A stretch of DNA of 64,000 nt from Flavobacteriales bacterium (GTDB lineage: Bacteria > Bacteroidota > Bacteroidia > Flavobacteriales_D > Sanyastnellaceae), in assembly GCA_947448135.1 (NCBI GenBank), contig CANFLZ010000002.1, forward strand, positions 22,410-86,409, in the 5' to 3' direction. The notes under the pieces were generated by a model. The model was not told the DNA's origin. It saw only the letters and a list, made by a program, of their open reading frames with translations, and did no database searches. Every line of letters starts with the position of its first letter. Within the stretch, counting starts at the first letter, position 1. Shown here piece by piece: positions 46,955-57,456 of the stretch. A program made the translations under genes and the position numbers.

Positions 46955-47663
46955 TCATCCAAGCTTTTATTCCGTGCAAATTCAGATAGGGTATAACAGA
47001 GGCTTCTCCCATTTTTTTTGTGTCCAAATGTACAACATCTGATCCGGTCAGCACAACCCGGTCAATGGCATGCAAATCACAAAAATATTGAACCCAAGAT
47101 TTCACTTCCATTTCCCACCCCAGCTTACCACCTTCGACCAAATTCTGGATGGTCCCTTTGGATTGTATGTCCTCACTCCCATTGACAAGAGGTAATTTCT
47201 CGGTAAAATGATGCATGGCTTTCCAGCGCATTTGCAGACCTGGAATGATACACAAACCTTGGATCATAGAATGAGAAACCAAAGTAAAGGTGGCGCAACT
47301 CCCCAAATCAACAACCAAAATATTGCTGTTTTCAGGAAAATGCACCAACGCGCCCATGGCAGCGGTGATGCGGTCGATGCCCAATGTCAATGGATTTTCG
47401 TAATGTATTTTGAAAGGTAGTTTCGAATCCGATTTTAACGCAGTAGCTATTTCAACCAATTCCGATGGAAGATCAGGGCCAACCGATGAAAAAACAATTC
47501 TCAAAGGTGGCTGGATTTGCATGATTGCACGCCACTCCTCGTTAAATGTATTGTAATTGAATTGATAAACTTCCAACAATTTATCTCCCTCAAAAACCCC
47601 CAATTTGACAGAGGAGTTTCCTGCATCGATCGCCCAAAACAAAGGAATTTTATTGCTGTCCAT
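46947..47663 (-). CDS. coaX: type III pantothenate kinase
   Basis: I moved the start to ATG 47663, giving 238 aa. It has FWAIDAGNSSVKLGVF and DLGSCATF. Confidence 0.85.
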   Translation of the reverse strand: MDSNKIPLFWAIDAGNSSVKLGVFEGDKLLEVYQFNYNTFNEEWRAIMQIQPPLRIVFSSVGPDLPSELVEIATALKSDSKLPFKIHYENPLTLGIDRITAAMGALVHFPENSNILVVDLGSCATFTLVSHSMIQGLCIIPGLQMRWKAMHHFTEKLPLVNGSEDIQSKGTIQNLVEGGKLGWEMEVKSWVQYFCDLHAIDRVVLTGSDVVHLDTKKMGEASVIPYLNLHGIKAWMND

Positions 47664-49713
47664 ACAACAATATAACTTGACCCCTTGCTTCGATTGGGGC
47701 ATCTGTTCCTTGTCTATACCGAATGTAATAAACATATGAACCTTGCGGAACTTTCTTGCCTTTGAGGTCCGTTCCATCCCAGCCCTCTTGATAGCTATGA
47801 CCCTCGTACAAAACATCTCCCCACTTGCTGTATACGTACATCTCATAAAAGTCCAGAGGGGCAAAGGAAATAACAGGACGAAATATATTATTTACACCTC
47901 CCACCACCATGGCGTTTGGAATGAAAATTCTAGGTGTTTGCAACATTTCGACTTCATTGGAAAATGCATGAAATGAAGTGTCCGGAAAATTAGCTGTTGC
48001 ATTTGCTACAGCTTCTATTCGATAGAAAAACAATCCCTCACTTTGGTACAAGGAATCAACATCATCATAATGACCCAACTGGCTAGCATTAAATTCTATG
48101 ATTTTGGTATAAAAACCATTTTTTCCCACCTTGCGATACACATTGTATTTTTGAACGCCATTGGTCCAAACCTCATATGGATTCCATTGAATGGCATTTA
48201 CGTCACCGTCATCATATACCAATCCTTCCAATAAAATATTCTTTCCGATATTGGTGATGGCAGTTGTATCATGGCACTCGTTTACAACAGCCACTCGAAA
48301 ACTGTATTTAAAATATTTTGGATTCAAATCAGAAACAACAAAATGAACGGGAACAACAGCATTATCCTCTTCAGAAACTTCAACATCCATCCATTCTTGA
48401 AAGAAATCATTGAAATATTGAAGGTGATAAAAATGAGGGTCCGCGGTCACTGTAGTTTCAACAAAAATCTCAATTTCATTATTGGAATTGACAGTCACAG
48501 AAGAGAGGTAATTGTATGCAGGCGGTGTGGGATAATTCAGGGTAATCGCTTGCACATTGCTAATCGCAAAATAACCATCATTGGCAACTGCCATGACATA
48601 AAAGCTGTGATCTAAACTGGTATAATTATTCAAATTATGAATAAATGAAATCGTATTGGACGGAAGCGTATCAACCGCAGAAAAATTTCCGTTGGCTTCA
48701 GCATGATACAAAACATAAAAAGCCACCCCGTTGTCCCAACCACTGTAGGGCGTCCAAGTCAACGTTACCTTATCCGTGCAGGGTGTTTGATAGAGCGGAG
48801 ATAAGAGCACTGAGCAATTGCAAACACTGCTTGTCGGACTGGTATTGGGACTTGGTGGAGTACCCGTTAAACAACCGTCAAAAGCCGAAATAAGATAGCA
48901 CCCTGTTTGAGTAGCACTATTGATTGTGGGATCCGAAAATGTATTGACATTGGCTGCTACCGTATCCAAAACGGATACACCTGCTCCTGAACATCGATAA
49001 ATAATATAACCCTCTGTATCAGGGGACGTGCTAGAATTCCAATTTACTTGAGGGTTACCCTGCGATACGTTTACAGAGGTAATCACAGGAATGGCTGGAG
49101 GGGTTTGATCAAAGAAGATACCTGATGCGATATTGCTCACGTTTGCACAACTACCTTGATTGGCATATAAAACAAAACTCAACTGATCGCCACAAGTAAT
49201 CACTTCCATTGACATTGAATTATCCGCCGTGGAGATGGTTTGAAAATTATTCCACAAATTCAAACCATTGTCCCAAGCCAAAGTATAATCAGATACAGCC
49301 GATCCTGTCCATTCGATATTGACAAATCCCTGCGGATTTGTAGAAGGGGTAGCTGTGAGATACGTATTGCAAAAAGTCAACCCTGGCGCAGCCATTTGAT
49401 TGCCCGCTAAAGAACTGTACTCCACTACGATATAATAGCACACTGGATTGATGCTTGCATTATTCACAGCGTCAATAAAAAAGACCGTTGTCAAACTATT
49501 GACTTGACCTATCTCGGTAAATGCACCATTGTTGACAGATGCAAAAATGTGGTAGGAAACAAATTCATTGTTCACGTCGGTTGGCGGTGTCCATTGAATG
49601 GTTGTCACCCCAGTGGCATCCACTTGAGAGCAGTCAATATCTGGTGACATCACCTGCGATTGAGCTTTCCAGCCCAACAACAAAAACAATAAAACAATGC
49701 ACCAATTCTTCAT
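47650..49713 (-). CDS. cell-surface protein with T9SS type B (gliding-motility-associated) C-terminal sorting domain
   Basis: I moved the start to ATG 49713. It has a signal peptide, Ig/FN3-like modules and a C-terminal IFIPNAMVVGGVNNIFRPV...GWDG...GSYVYYIRY. Confidence 0.8.
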   Translation of the reverse strand: MKNWCIVLLFLLLGWKAQSQVMSPDIDCSQVDATGVTTIQWTPPTDVNNEFVSYHIFASVNNGAFTEIGQVNSLTTVFFIDAVNNASINPVCYYIVVEYSSLAGNQMAAPGLTFCNTYLTATPSTNPQGFVNIEWTGSAVSDYTLAWDNGLNLWNNFQTISTADNSMSMEVITCGDQLSFVLYANQGSCANVSNIASGIFFDQTPPAIPVITSVNVSQGNPQVNWNSSTSPDTEGYIIYRCSGAGVSVLDTVAANVNTFSDPTINSATQTGCYLISAFDGCLTGTPPSPNTSPTSSVCNCSVLLSPLYQTPCTDKVTLTWTPYSGWDNGVAFYVLYHAEANGNFSAVDTLPSNTISFIHNLNNYTSLDHSFYVMAVANDGYFAISNVQAITLNYPTPPAYNYLSSVTVNSNNEIEIFVETTVTADPHFYHLQYFNDFFQEWMDVEVSEEDNAVVPVHFVVSDLNPKYFKYSFRVAVVNECHDTTAITNIGKNILLEGLVYDDGDVNAIQWNPYEVWTNGVQKYNVYRKVGKNGFYTKIIEFNASQLGHYDDVDSLYQSEGLFFYRIEAVANATANFPDTSFHAFSNEVEMLQTPRIFIPNAMVVGGVNNIFRPVISFAPLDFYEMYVYSKWGDVLYEGHSYQEGWDGTDLKGKKVPQGSYVYYIRYRQGTDAPIEARGQVILLYGQQ

Positions 49714-49714
49714 A

Positions 49715-50659
49715 TTATATTTTCCAAGTACCAACCAAAGCTTGGCATTTTTTCCATTCTTCAATTGTTCCATTTACAACTTGCGCAGCTGTCATCAAGT
49801 TGCCCAAACGAGACGCCACCTGACCAATCTCTAATTCTCCCTCAATCAAATCCCCTTCAAACATTCCTTTTTTGGCGCGACCTCTTCCCAATAACGTTTG
49901 AAGTTGATCAATTGTTGCATTGGACTGATAAGCCAATCTGACTTGGTCCGCAAAATGATTGTTCAACAATCGAACTGGGGTTAATTCTTTGAGCGTTAAC
50001 ATTGTGTCACCTTCACCAGCATGAATGACTGCATCTTTGAAGGCTGGATGCGCAGAACTTTCATGGGTAGCGACAAAGCGCGAACCCATTTGAACACCCT
50101 CAGCACCCAAAACCATAGCCGCCATCATCGAACGTCCATCTGCAATACCTCCCGCAGCAATGACAGGAATGGAGACTGCATCAACCACCTGAGGAATGAG
50201 ACAAAGCGTTGTAGTTTCTTCTCGACCGTTGTGACCTCCTGCTTCAAATCCCTCCGCAATCACTGCATCACACCCGGCATCTTCCGCTTTTTTGGCAAAC
50301 TTTGCACTGGAGACAACATGCAAGACTTTTCTTCCAGCTAATCGAAATGTTTGCGCATGCAATTTCGGATTACCCGCTGAAGTGATCACAACAGGAACCT
50401 CTTCCTCTAAAATCGTTTGAATATGTTTATCTACATCTGGATAAATGAGCGGCAGATTGACCGCAAATGGCTTGTCCGTAGCGGCCTTGCATTTGCGAAT
50501 CTGTTCTTTTAAAATTTCCGGATACATTGATCCGGCACCTATTGTGCCCAAACCGCCGGCGTTACTCACTGCCGAAGCCAATTCCCATCCCGAGCACCAA
50601 ATCATGCCCCCTTGGATAATGGGAACTTCAATGCCTAGAATTTCCGTCAATTTTTTCAC
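49715..50659 (-). CDS. NAD(P)H-dependent flavin oxidoreductase (nitronate monooxygenase / FabK-like)
   Basis: 314 aa with PIIQGGMIWCSGWELASAVSNAGGLGTIGAG and an FMN-binding TIM-barrel pattern. Confidence 0.85.
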   Translation of the reverse strand: MKKLTEILGIEVPIIQGGMIWCSGWELASAVSNAGGLGTIGAGSMYPEILKEQIRKCKAATDKPFAVNLPLIYPDVDKHIQTILEEEVPVVITSAGNPKLHAQTFRLAGRKVLHVVSSAKFAKKAEDAGCDAVIAEGFEAGGHNGREETTTLCLIPQVVDAVSIPVIAAGGIADGRSMMAAMVLGAEGVQMGSRFVATHESSAHPAFKDAVIHAGEGDTMLTLKELTPVRLLNNHFADQVRLAYQSNATIDQLQTLLGRGRAKKGMFEGDLIEGELEIGQVASRLGNLMTAAQVVNGTIEEWKKCQALVGTWKI

Positions 50660-50744
50660 GGTTTAAAGATAAGTCTGATTCACCAAATGATGAAAAAATT
50701 GAGCAATTGATTTTTTTTGTATATTCGATGACTCAAAATACCCC

Positions 50745-51758
50745 ATGAAAAAGCTAATAATTCTATGCATATTGTGCACAATGGTCTTGACTGACTCATT
50801 TGCTCAATTCAGATATGACTACGGAATCCGCATGGGGGCTGCCAATTACTTGGGAGATATTGGAGGAAAAAATCTTCCTCGCCGTGACTTCGTCATGGAC
50901 ATGCACATGGCTTCTACTCGATGGGCTGTAGGGGGTTTCATCAGAAAAAGAAAAAACAAAAGAATTGCTTATAGTGCAACTTTGGATTATATGAGAATTC
51001 AAGATTCGGATGCGCTTTCAACTTATTTTCCGCGTAGAGCGCGTAATCTGACATTCAAAAATGATATGTTGGAGTTGTCTGGAAGATTTGAGTACACCAT
51101 ATACTACGATAGCGATTTGAGCAACCAAGGGTACTTCAACCCGGATATGAAAATTTATCTTTTCACTGGTGTTTCAGGACTTTATACCAACCCCAAGGGA
51201 TACATCAATGAATACGCGGCAGACTACATTGGTTCTGCAACCGGAACTCCTGCTGCCAATTACTACGACACATGGATTGCCACACGCAAATACAAAACGG
51301 AAGGTCAAGACAAAGCCTATTCACCATTTGCCGTTTCTATTCCAATGGGTATTGGGATGTATTTCACGTATCAAAAGAAATGGCGTGTAGGTTGGGAATA
51401 CAATTGGAGATTGACCTTTACAGATTATTTGGATGATATCTCAAAAGAATATCCAACACAACAAAAAGTTAGAGAGAGTGCTGGACCTGCCGATGCTTCT
51501 CTAGTTACGGGATATGTATTTCATTCTTATGATGCTGAATACATAGCAAGTCCAATGAATCCAGACAATATTCCTGCGGCTAATTTCTGGTACCAGAACA
51601 GCCCAAGAGGAAATCCATTGAACAACGATAATTACATGACTTTCCAGATTTATGTATCGAAAGTGATTCGCTCTAAATCCAACTTCTACAAGTCCAAATA
51701 CAATTGGATGCGCGGAAGAAGTGGTGGTGGCGTGAAAAGAGCTAACGTACGATTCTAA
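50745..51758 (+). CDS. outer-membrane beta-barrel protein (DUF6089-like)
   Basis: 337 aa with a signal peptide and the N-terminal motif MGAANYLGDIGG. It ends ...ANVRF. Family name from memory. Confidence 0.6.
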   Translation: MKKLIILCILCTMVLTDSFAQFRYDYGIRMGAANYLGDIGGKNLPRRDFVMDMHMASTRWAVGGFIRKRKNKRIAYSATLDYMRIQDSDALSTYFPRRARNLTFKNDMLELSGRFEYTIYYDSDLSNQGYFNPDMKIYLFTGVSGLYTNPKGYINEYAADYIGSATGTPAANYYDTWIATRKYKTEGQDKAYSPFAVSIPMGIGMYFTYQKKWRVGWEYNWRLTFTDYLDDISKEYPTQQKVRESAGPADASLVTGYVFHSYDAEYIASPMNPDNIPAANFWYQNSPRGNPLNNDNYMTFQIYVSKVIRSKSNFYKSKYNWMRGRSGGGVKRANVRF

Positions 51759-51769
51759 GGAATCGTTGG

Positions 51770-54700
51770 TTAGAAATCCATATTCAAAGACAGGTAAAAT
51801 ACACGTGGCAAGACTTGGTGGTCATCAATTCCCCATGCCCAATCTGCGCGTAGGAAATATCCCAGCACCTTCGATCTTAGTCCAAAACCATATCCCATGA
51901 TGATGGGCTCTCGGTTGCTATTCACTGTTACGGTTACTGGCTTTTGAGTAACAGAGTTGGTGTTGAAAGTACTCTCGTTGGAATAAGGCGTTTTCCCAGT
52001 CCAAGCAGAACCGATATCATAAAAACCAACAGCTTGAAAATATCGAATAAAGTCACTCTTGATGGGGTGCTGGGCGAGATAACTAAATACTGGAATTCTG
52101 ATTTCGTTGTTGATCAAAGCAAACGAGTTTCCGTTTCTAGAGTTGATGTAAAACCCTCGCATTGGACCGCAGAATGAGGCAAACTTATAATTCATTTGAT
52201 CCGATATCACGGTAGATTGATCCACACGCTGACCCAACCAATTGTCTACACCACCCAAGTAATGCACGATCTTTTGCGTTCCAAACGAAGTAGCTCCTGC
52301 AACACGGAAAGCAGCTATAATGGTTCGATGAATAGGAACGTAGTATCTTAAGTCACCACCTACAACTTGCATATCAGTCTTCTTGTTCCAAACGTTTACT
52401 TGCTGATAACGCTCATACCAAAATTTTCCGCGCATGCCCTGCTGCAAATTCAAACCCAATGAACGCGTATTATCAACGACATATTCCGTCAATAATCCCA
52501 CGTGATGCTCATTCTGATTGGGAAAAGCCAAGCTCGCAGGATCGACACTCAAATCTATGCTTCGATCCCAACGATACACCAATGTGGTTTTAACGGCTTG
52601 GAATTCATCCAAGGCATATTTCCACTCGTGGGTGAGATAATACGTTTCTTGCCTGAAAGCCTCACTGCTTCCTCCCCATTTTTGGGAACGTCTTTGTAAC
52701 GACCATTTTTTATCGATACGATCTTTGTTGTTTTCAAATGCAACCCCAAAATCACTATTTCTAATGTCTGTTGAAATTCTCACCGCGCCTGTCAAACGAT
52801 AATCTTCCAGCAAATCACTCAAACTTACCTTGAACAAAGCGCTGATGCCTGGAAAAATACTCGTGGGTCCTGCATCGGCACTTTGATAAAATTGACTTGC
52901 AAATGTGTTGTCCAATTTGGTGGTAGCAAAATCAGTTGCAAAATTCAACTCGTAATTGCTCCTTCTCCACTCTTGACTTTTGAGACCTTTGAATTCGTCA
53001 GTTTTTTTATCATCCAATACCAAAGACTTCTTCTCAATGGTGTATGCTTTTCTTTCATCAGCAAATAAATAATCACTGATTTTGATTTGCCGCAAATCAC
53101 CCACTCGAGGATTCCAATCCAAAGTGTCAAGTGGTAAATTGTGCACGTCATCAGGCGAAGGCAATTCATTCATTTTCGAAGCGGAAAACTGATTGGCTTT
53201 CCATTTCAAAAGGGCAGGGTGCCCATAGAATGAGTGTTCCACAACCCAACTGCTATCCGTAGCTCGCCAATCTTCTACTTTTGCCGAAAACTTGATCTCA
53301 TTGATTTGACGAATCTTGGGTTCCTTGCGGTAATGGATCGTGGTATCAATCGATGCAATCACTGAGTCCCATCGAATTTGATAGAACAATTGCCCCTCTT
53401 CTCTTTGTTCTACACATCCCAATTCTTCGGTTCCCCAAGCAAAAGAGAGAGTCAAAGGGAAGTTGCTGGTGTAAATTTTCTCCGGTTTGGATGCTGTCGA
53501 AGTGGGTTCAATTTGATTTAACGTATAGGTATATCCATCGGATGTTTTGGCTTTGGACAAATAGATCACTTTCTTGTTGGGCAGAAAAACGGGAGAGTAA
53601 TCATCCTCTTCTGTCTTGGTGATTGGCTTGGGAGTGTTAGCGATGGTGGGCATAACAAACACGTCACTTCTTCCTGCACTAACGCCGATAAACACGATAT
53701 TTTTCCCATCCTGACTAAAATGAGGATCCAGCATTTTATCGACAGCAAAAATTTGCTTCTCGCTCCATTTTCTTTCTTTCACATTCCATTGCGCGTATTT
53801 TAAAAAGCCACGCTTTTCATAAAATACTGCTAGTACTTCTCCACTGGGATGCCAAGCAATATGCGGATATGTAAAATCATTGGCGCGATCAGTTTTGGGT
53901 TGTCGTTTTAAAATACAACGCAGTTTGTCGTGCGCCGCATCATATACCCAAACACGATATTGTCCCCACTCATGCGTCACAAAAGCCCATTGGTCTCCAG
54001 AGGGACTCAACTGAAAATCTCTGTACTTGAATTTGCGCTTGGCCTTGATTTCCAATTCGCCCATTTGCTTCTGTAACTTTCGATCTGTCGTATAACCCTC
54101 CGGGAAATTGAGTCTTTGTATTCTCCCTTTGTAGTATTGATAGAATTCGGCGATGATGCTATCCAGTGACTTTCCTATGATCAATTCAAATCCCAAATCG
54201 ATTCCGCGCGCAAACTTTGACATTTGAAGAATACTCGGGATAACATTGCTCCCATATCGATCAGCAATAAAACTCCAGAAAGCTGCGCCGCCCAATTGTG
54301 CAGATTCTCCTTTCCAAAAATTGATCTGCATTTTCTTGCGTTTCAATTCTTGAATCATGAAAATATCCAGCACTTCTTGCTTTTCACCACCCAACCAATA
54401 AGCCATTCCTTGAATAAACCAATCGGGATAACTGGAAAATGCCACGGCCTTCACCGCATCCTTCCATGAACTTCCTAATAATACTTGAGAAATTGAGACC
54501 TCAGCTAACCCTCTTCGCAATTGGGCTTGATAAGCAACCTGATCACCTTCAAAAAAAACAAATAATTTGTTTTGAATGATTTGCGAAGTTCCCATCAAAG
54601 AATTGTTCTCGTCGAGCGTTGTACCGATATTACTTTGTCGCATATCCGATTGGCTGAGATAGGACATGATGTATATCCGATCGTGCGGCTGAAAACCAAA

Positions 54701-54946
54701 ATAGCCAATCAGTTCAGAAATAATGGCATCCGATTGCTTGGCCGTTTCTAACGCCAACTTTTCACCACCTTGATAGAAATAGACATCTGCATATTTCCCT
54801 GAATAATAAGACCATTCAAAATTGCGGTACTGAACGCGATTCTTGCCAAAAGTGATATTACTCCCTTGATAAAATTGCGAAAACAAAGAACCTGTCCCAC
54901 ATAAAAAAAGCAAGACGAGCAGACCTATGATTTTTCGGATTATCAT
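51770..54946 (-). CDS. large outer-membrane protein: TolB-like beta-propeller region plus C-terminal Omp85-like barrel
   Basis: 1058 aa with a signal peptide. The central region has PD40/TolB-like repeats (WHPSGEVLAVFYEKRG, FSQDGKNIVFIGV). The C-terminal part is beta-rich and ends ...YLSLNMDF. The domain calls are tentative. Confidence 0.5.
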   Translation of the reverse strand: MIIRKIIGLLVLLFLCGTGSLFSQFYQGSNITFGKNRVQYRNFEWSYYSGKYADVYFYQGGEKLALETAKQSDAIISELIGYFGFQPHDRIYIMSYLSQSDMRQSNIGTTLDENNSLMGTSQIIQNKLFVFFEGDQVAYQAQLRRGLAEVSISQVLLGSSWKDAVKAVAFSSYPDWFIQGMAYWLGGEKQEVLDIFMIQELKRKKMQINFWKGESAQLGGAAFWSFIADRYGSNVIPSILQMSKFARGIDLGFELIIGKSLDSIIAEFYQYYKGRIQRLNFPEGYTTDRKLQKQMGELEIKAKRKFKYRDFQLSPSGDQWAFVTHEWGQYRVWVYDAAHDKLRCILKRQPKTDRANDFTYPHIAWHPSGEVLAVFYEKRGFLKYAQWNVKERKWSEKQIFAVDKMLDPHFSQDGKNIVFIGVSAGRSDVFVMPTIANTPKPITKTEEDDYSPVFLPNKKVIYLSKAKTSDGYTYTLNQIEPTSTASKPEKIYTSNFPLTLSFAWGTEELGCVEQREEGQLFYQIRWDSVIASIDTTIHYRKEPKIRQINEIKFSAKVEDWRATDSSWVVEHSFYGHPALLKWKANQFSASKMNELPSPDDVHNLPLDTLDWNPRVGDLRQIKISDYLFADERKAYTIEKKSLVLDDKKTDEFKGLKSQEWRRSNYELNFATDFATTKLDNTFASQFYQSADAGPTSIFPGISALFKVSLSDLLEDYRLTGAVRISTDIRNSDFGVAFENNKDRIDKKWSLQRRSQKWGGSSEAFRQETYYLTHEWKYALDEFQAVKTTLVYRWDRSIDLSVDPASLAFPNQNEHHVGLLTEYVVDNTRSLGLNLQQGMRGKFWYERYQQVNVWNKKTDMQVVGGDLRYYVPIHRTIIAAFRVAGATSFGTQKIVHYLGGVDNWLGQRVDQSTVISDQMNYKFASFCGPMRGFYINSRNGNSFALINNEIRIPVFSYLAQHPIKSDFIRYFQAVGFYDIGSAWTGKTPYSNESTFNTNSVTQKPVTVTVNSNREPIIMGYGFGLRSKVLGYFLRADWAWGIDDHQVLPRVFYLSLNMDF

Positions 54947-54976
54947 TGTCGCAATTTAACGCATTATCGAACACAC

Positions 54977-55642
54977 ATGAATCCTGAAGTGATAAAAAGA
55001 AATAATTTAACTGTCTGTTGCTGGACGTTTGGTCCATTTCAAGAAAACACCTATCTCATCACCAATGACAATGGAATTGGAACGCTCATTGACCCCGGCA
55101 TGAGCAATAGTGCTGAAGAAATTTCAATTTTGAATTTTGTTCAAGAAAACAACATCACTATTGATCAAATTGTGAATACACATTGTCATATTGACCACAT
55201 TTTGGGAAATGATTTTGCCAAGAAGCAATGGAATGTCCCATTGTTGTATCATGAATTGGAAGAAAGCAATATAAGACGCTCGATACAAATGAGCAGTTTA
55301 TGGGGAATTCCATACACGCCTTCTCCTCAGGCAGACCAATATATTGACGAAAATAGTTTGATCAGTATTGCCAAGTTTTCAGTAGATACTTGGTTGGTTC
55401 CAGGACATTGCACAGGGCATTTGGCATTTATTCATCACGATTCCAAATCCATTTTTAGTGGCGATGTGTTGTTTAGAGAGAGCATCGGCAGAGTGGACCT
55501 ACCCGGAGGTGATGCTGATCAAATTGAACAAAGTATTTTGCGACTGTACACCTTGCCGGATGACTATGTTGTTTTCTCAGGTCATGGGCCATTGACGACC
55601 ATTGGTCATGAAAAACTTCACAATCCTTTTGTAAAAGGTTAA
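54977..55642 (+). CDS. MBL-fold metallo-hydrolase
   Basis: 221 aa with HCHIDH (HxHxDH), PGHCTGH and GDVLF. Confidence 0.85.
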   Translation: MNPEVIKRNNLTVCCWTFGPFQENTYLITNDNGIGTLIDPGMSNSAEEISILNFVQENNITIDQIVNTHCHIDHILGNDFAKKQWNVPLLYHELEESNIRRSIQMSSLWGIPYTPSPQADQYIDENSLISIAKFSVDTWLVPGHCTGHLAFIHHDSKSIFSGDVLFRESIGRVDLPGGDADQIEQSILRLYTLPDDYVVFSGHGPLTTIGHEKLHNPFVKG

Positions 55643-56688
55643 GCCTTTTTGATGGTGAAGGCGAAGGTAGATCCTATGCCCTCCGTACTGCGCACGTTAA
55701 TGGTTTCTTGATGAGCTTCAATGATGTGTTTGCAGATGGCAAGTCCCAATCCAGAACCACCATCGTTGCGTGATCTACTTTTATCGACTCGATAAAAACG
55801 TTCAAATATGCGTGGCAAATGCTCTTTTGCAATACCAATACCATTGTCTGCTACCTCGCATAAGATATGTTCATCCATATCATAAAAACGCACCTTAACT
55901 TCTCCTGAGGTGTGTCCATAATGGATGGCATTCGACAATAAATTAATCAATACTTGTTGAATTCTGGCGTAATCACCGATCGCCATCAATTGCTTGGGAG
56001 ATCCTTCTTTGATAAAAACATGTGTTCCTTTCATCAACGCCAACTTCTCCACAGATTCAATGGCAGCATGGACACATGCAACCAAATCAAACTTGGCCAT
56101 TACGATAGGAATACCACCACTTTCTAATTTCGAAATTTGATCCAAATCACCGATCAATGCGTTCAAGCGATCAGCTTGTCGATTGGCCTTCTCTAAAAAA
56201 ATCTTCGCCTGCCGTTCGTCGCTTAGATCATCATCCAACAAAGTCTCAATGTATCCTTGAATTCCAAAAAGTGGTGTCTTAAGTTCGTGTGCTAAATTCC
56301 CAATAAACTCCTTTCGAAAAGAATCAGCATCACGCAATTGCTTGACTTCTGTTATTTTCTCATCCACCCAATCAGACACTTGGTCTTCGATGTTGTGTAT
56401 CACGTCATCTGCCATTAATAAGGGAGCTCGTTTATCAGATTGACTTTTAAAAGCGTGAATATTTTTATAAATCACCTTGATTTTAGCGTACAAGAATTTT
56501 TCAATAAATCCCAATACAATCTTGTATATCACAAACCACAATAAACCTCCCGCTACGAGTAGAGGAATCCAGTTGTTAAAGAAGATTACATTGGTTTGAA
56601 ACAAGAGAACCAAAGTCAAAGCGAAAAGCAAGACTATCCAAGAAGCGCTCCATATGGCTACCCCAATTGGGGTCCGTGGTTTCATCAC
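55639..56688 (-). CDS. sensor histidine kinase (two TM helices with very short outer loop)
   Basis: 349 aa with H-box HELKTPL, N-box LLSNAIHY, G1 DNGIGI and G2 GGSGLGLAI. There is no sizeable periplasmic domain. Confidence 0.85.
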   Translation of the reverse strand: MMKPRTPIGVAIWSASWIVLLFALTLVLLFQTNVIFFNNWIPLLVAGGLLWFVIYKIVLGFIEKFLYAKIKVIYKNIHAFKSQSDKRAPLLMADDVIHNIEDQVSDWVDEKITEVKQLRDADSFRKEFIGNLAHELKTPLFGIQGYIETLLDDDLSDERQAKIFLEKANRQADRLNALIGDLDQISKLESGGIPIVMAKFDLVACVHAAIESVEKLALMKGTHVFIKEGSPKQLMAIGDYARIQQVLINLLSNAIHYGHTSGEVKVRFYDMDEHILCEVADNGIGIAKEHLPRIFERFYRVDKSRSRNDGGSGLGLAICKHIIEAHQETINVRSTEGIGSTFAFTIKKA

Positions 56689-57362
56689 GGCTCAAATTTA
56701 TACCCTACGCCTTTAATTGTCTTAAAAAATTCATCCCCAATTTTCTCACGCAGCTTTCTAATGTGCACATCGATGGTTCTATCCCCTACAATTACATCAT
56801 TTCCCCAAACTGTATTGAGAATGTAATCGCGGGTAAAAACACGACCCGGCGCGGATACCAGCAACGCCAATAATTCAAATTCCTTTTTGGGTAAATGAAA
56901 AACCTCAGTTCCTCTGGTAACAATATACTTTTCTTTATCGATGACAATACCCCCGGTATTTTGAGATGCACTTTCCGAAGGAGAGTTGGACTCAAGCCTC
57001 TTGAGCCAAGCTCTAACTTTTGAAATGAGTATTCTAGGTTTGATAGGCTTGGCAATGTAATCATCACCTCCGGCCTCATAGCCTGCCATTTGGCTGTAAT
57101 CTTCGTTGCGAGCTGTCAAAAAAGCAATGATGGTGGATTTTCCTTCGGGCATTTCTCTGATCTCCCTGCATGCCTCCATGCCGTCCATTTCAGGCATCAT
57201 CACATCCATCAAAATCAAATGTGGCTTAAATTCAGAAACCTTCGAAACAGCCTGTCTTCCGTTAATTGCTGTGAGCACTGAAAAACCTTCTTTCTCTAAA
57301 TTGTATTGGAGAAGATCAAGTATATCTTGCTCATCATCCACCAAAAGGACCCTGTATTGCAT
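56685..57362 (-). CDS. OmpR/PhoB-family response regulator
   Basis: 225 aa with a receiver domain (VDDE, ILMDVMMPEMDG, K at AKP) and a winged-helix C-terminal domain (TIDVHIRKLREKI..GVGYKF). Confidence 0.9.
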   Translation of the reverse strand: MQYRVLLVDDEQDILDLLQYNLEKEGFSVLTAINGRQAVSKVSEFKPHLILMDVMMPEMDGMEACREIREMPEGKSTIIAFLTARNEDYSQMAGYEAGGDDYIAKPIKPRILISKVRAWLKRLESNSPSESASQNTGGIVIDKEKYIVTRGTEVFHLPKKEFELLALLVSAPGRVFTRDYILNTVWGNDVIVGDRTIDVHIRKLREKIGDEFFKTIKGVGYKFEP

Positions 57363-57378
57363 AGTCTAATATCTGAAA

Positions 57379-57386
57379 CAAATGTA
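57379..57386 (-). promoter_or_regulatory. candidate -7 box (TACATTTG) of the two-component operon
   Basis: The minus strand reads TACATTTG 16 nt upstream of ATG 57362. Confidence 0.35.
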
Positions 57387-57395
57387 GTATTTCGG

Positions 57396-57424
57396 GTGTT
57401 AAACCGAGGTTAAGTGTAGGTTAA
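57396..57424. promoter_or_regulatory. three 7-bp direct repeats with 4-bp spacers (GTGTTAA-ACCG-AGGTTAA-GTGT-AGGTTAA), Pho-box-like architecture
   Basis: Read directly from the sequence. The repeats start at 57396, 57407 and 57418, giving an 11-bp period. They sit 10-38 bp upstream of the candidate -7 box of the response-regulator operon. Confidence 0.4.
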
Positions 57425-57456
57425 TCATTGAACAAAAAAACAAATTAACTTGCAGC

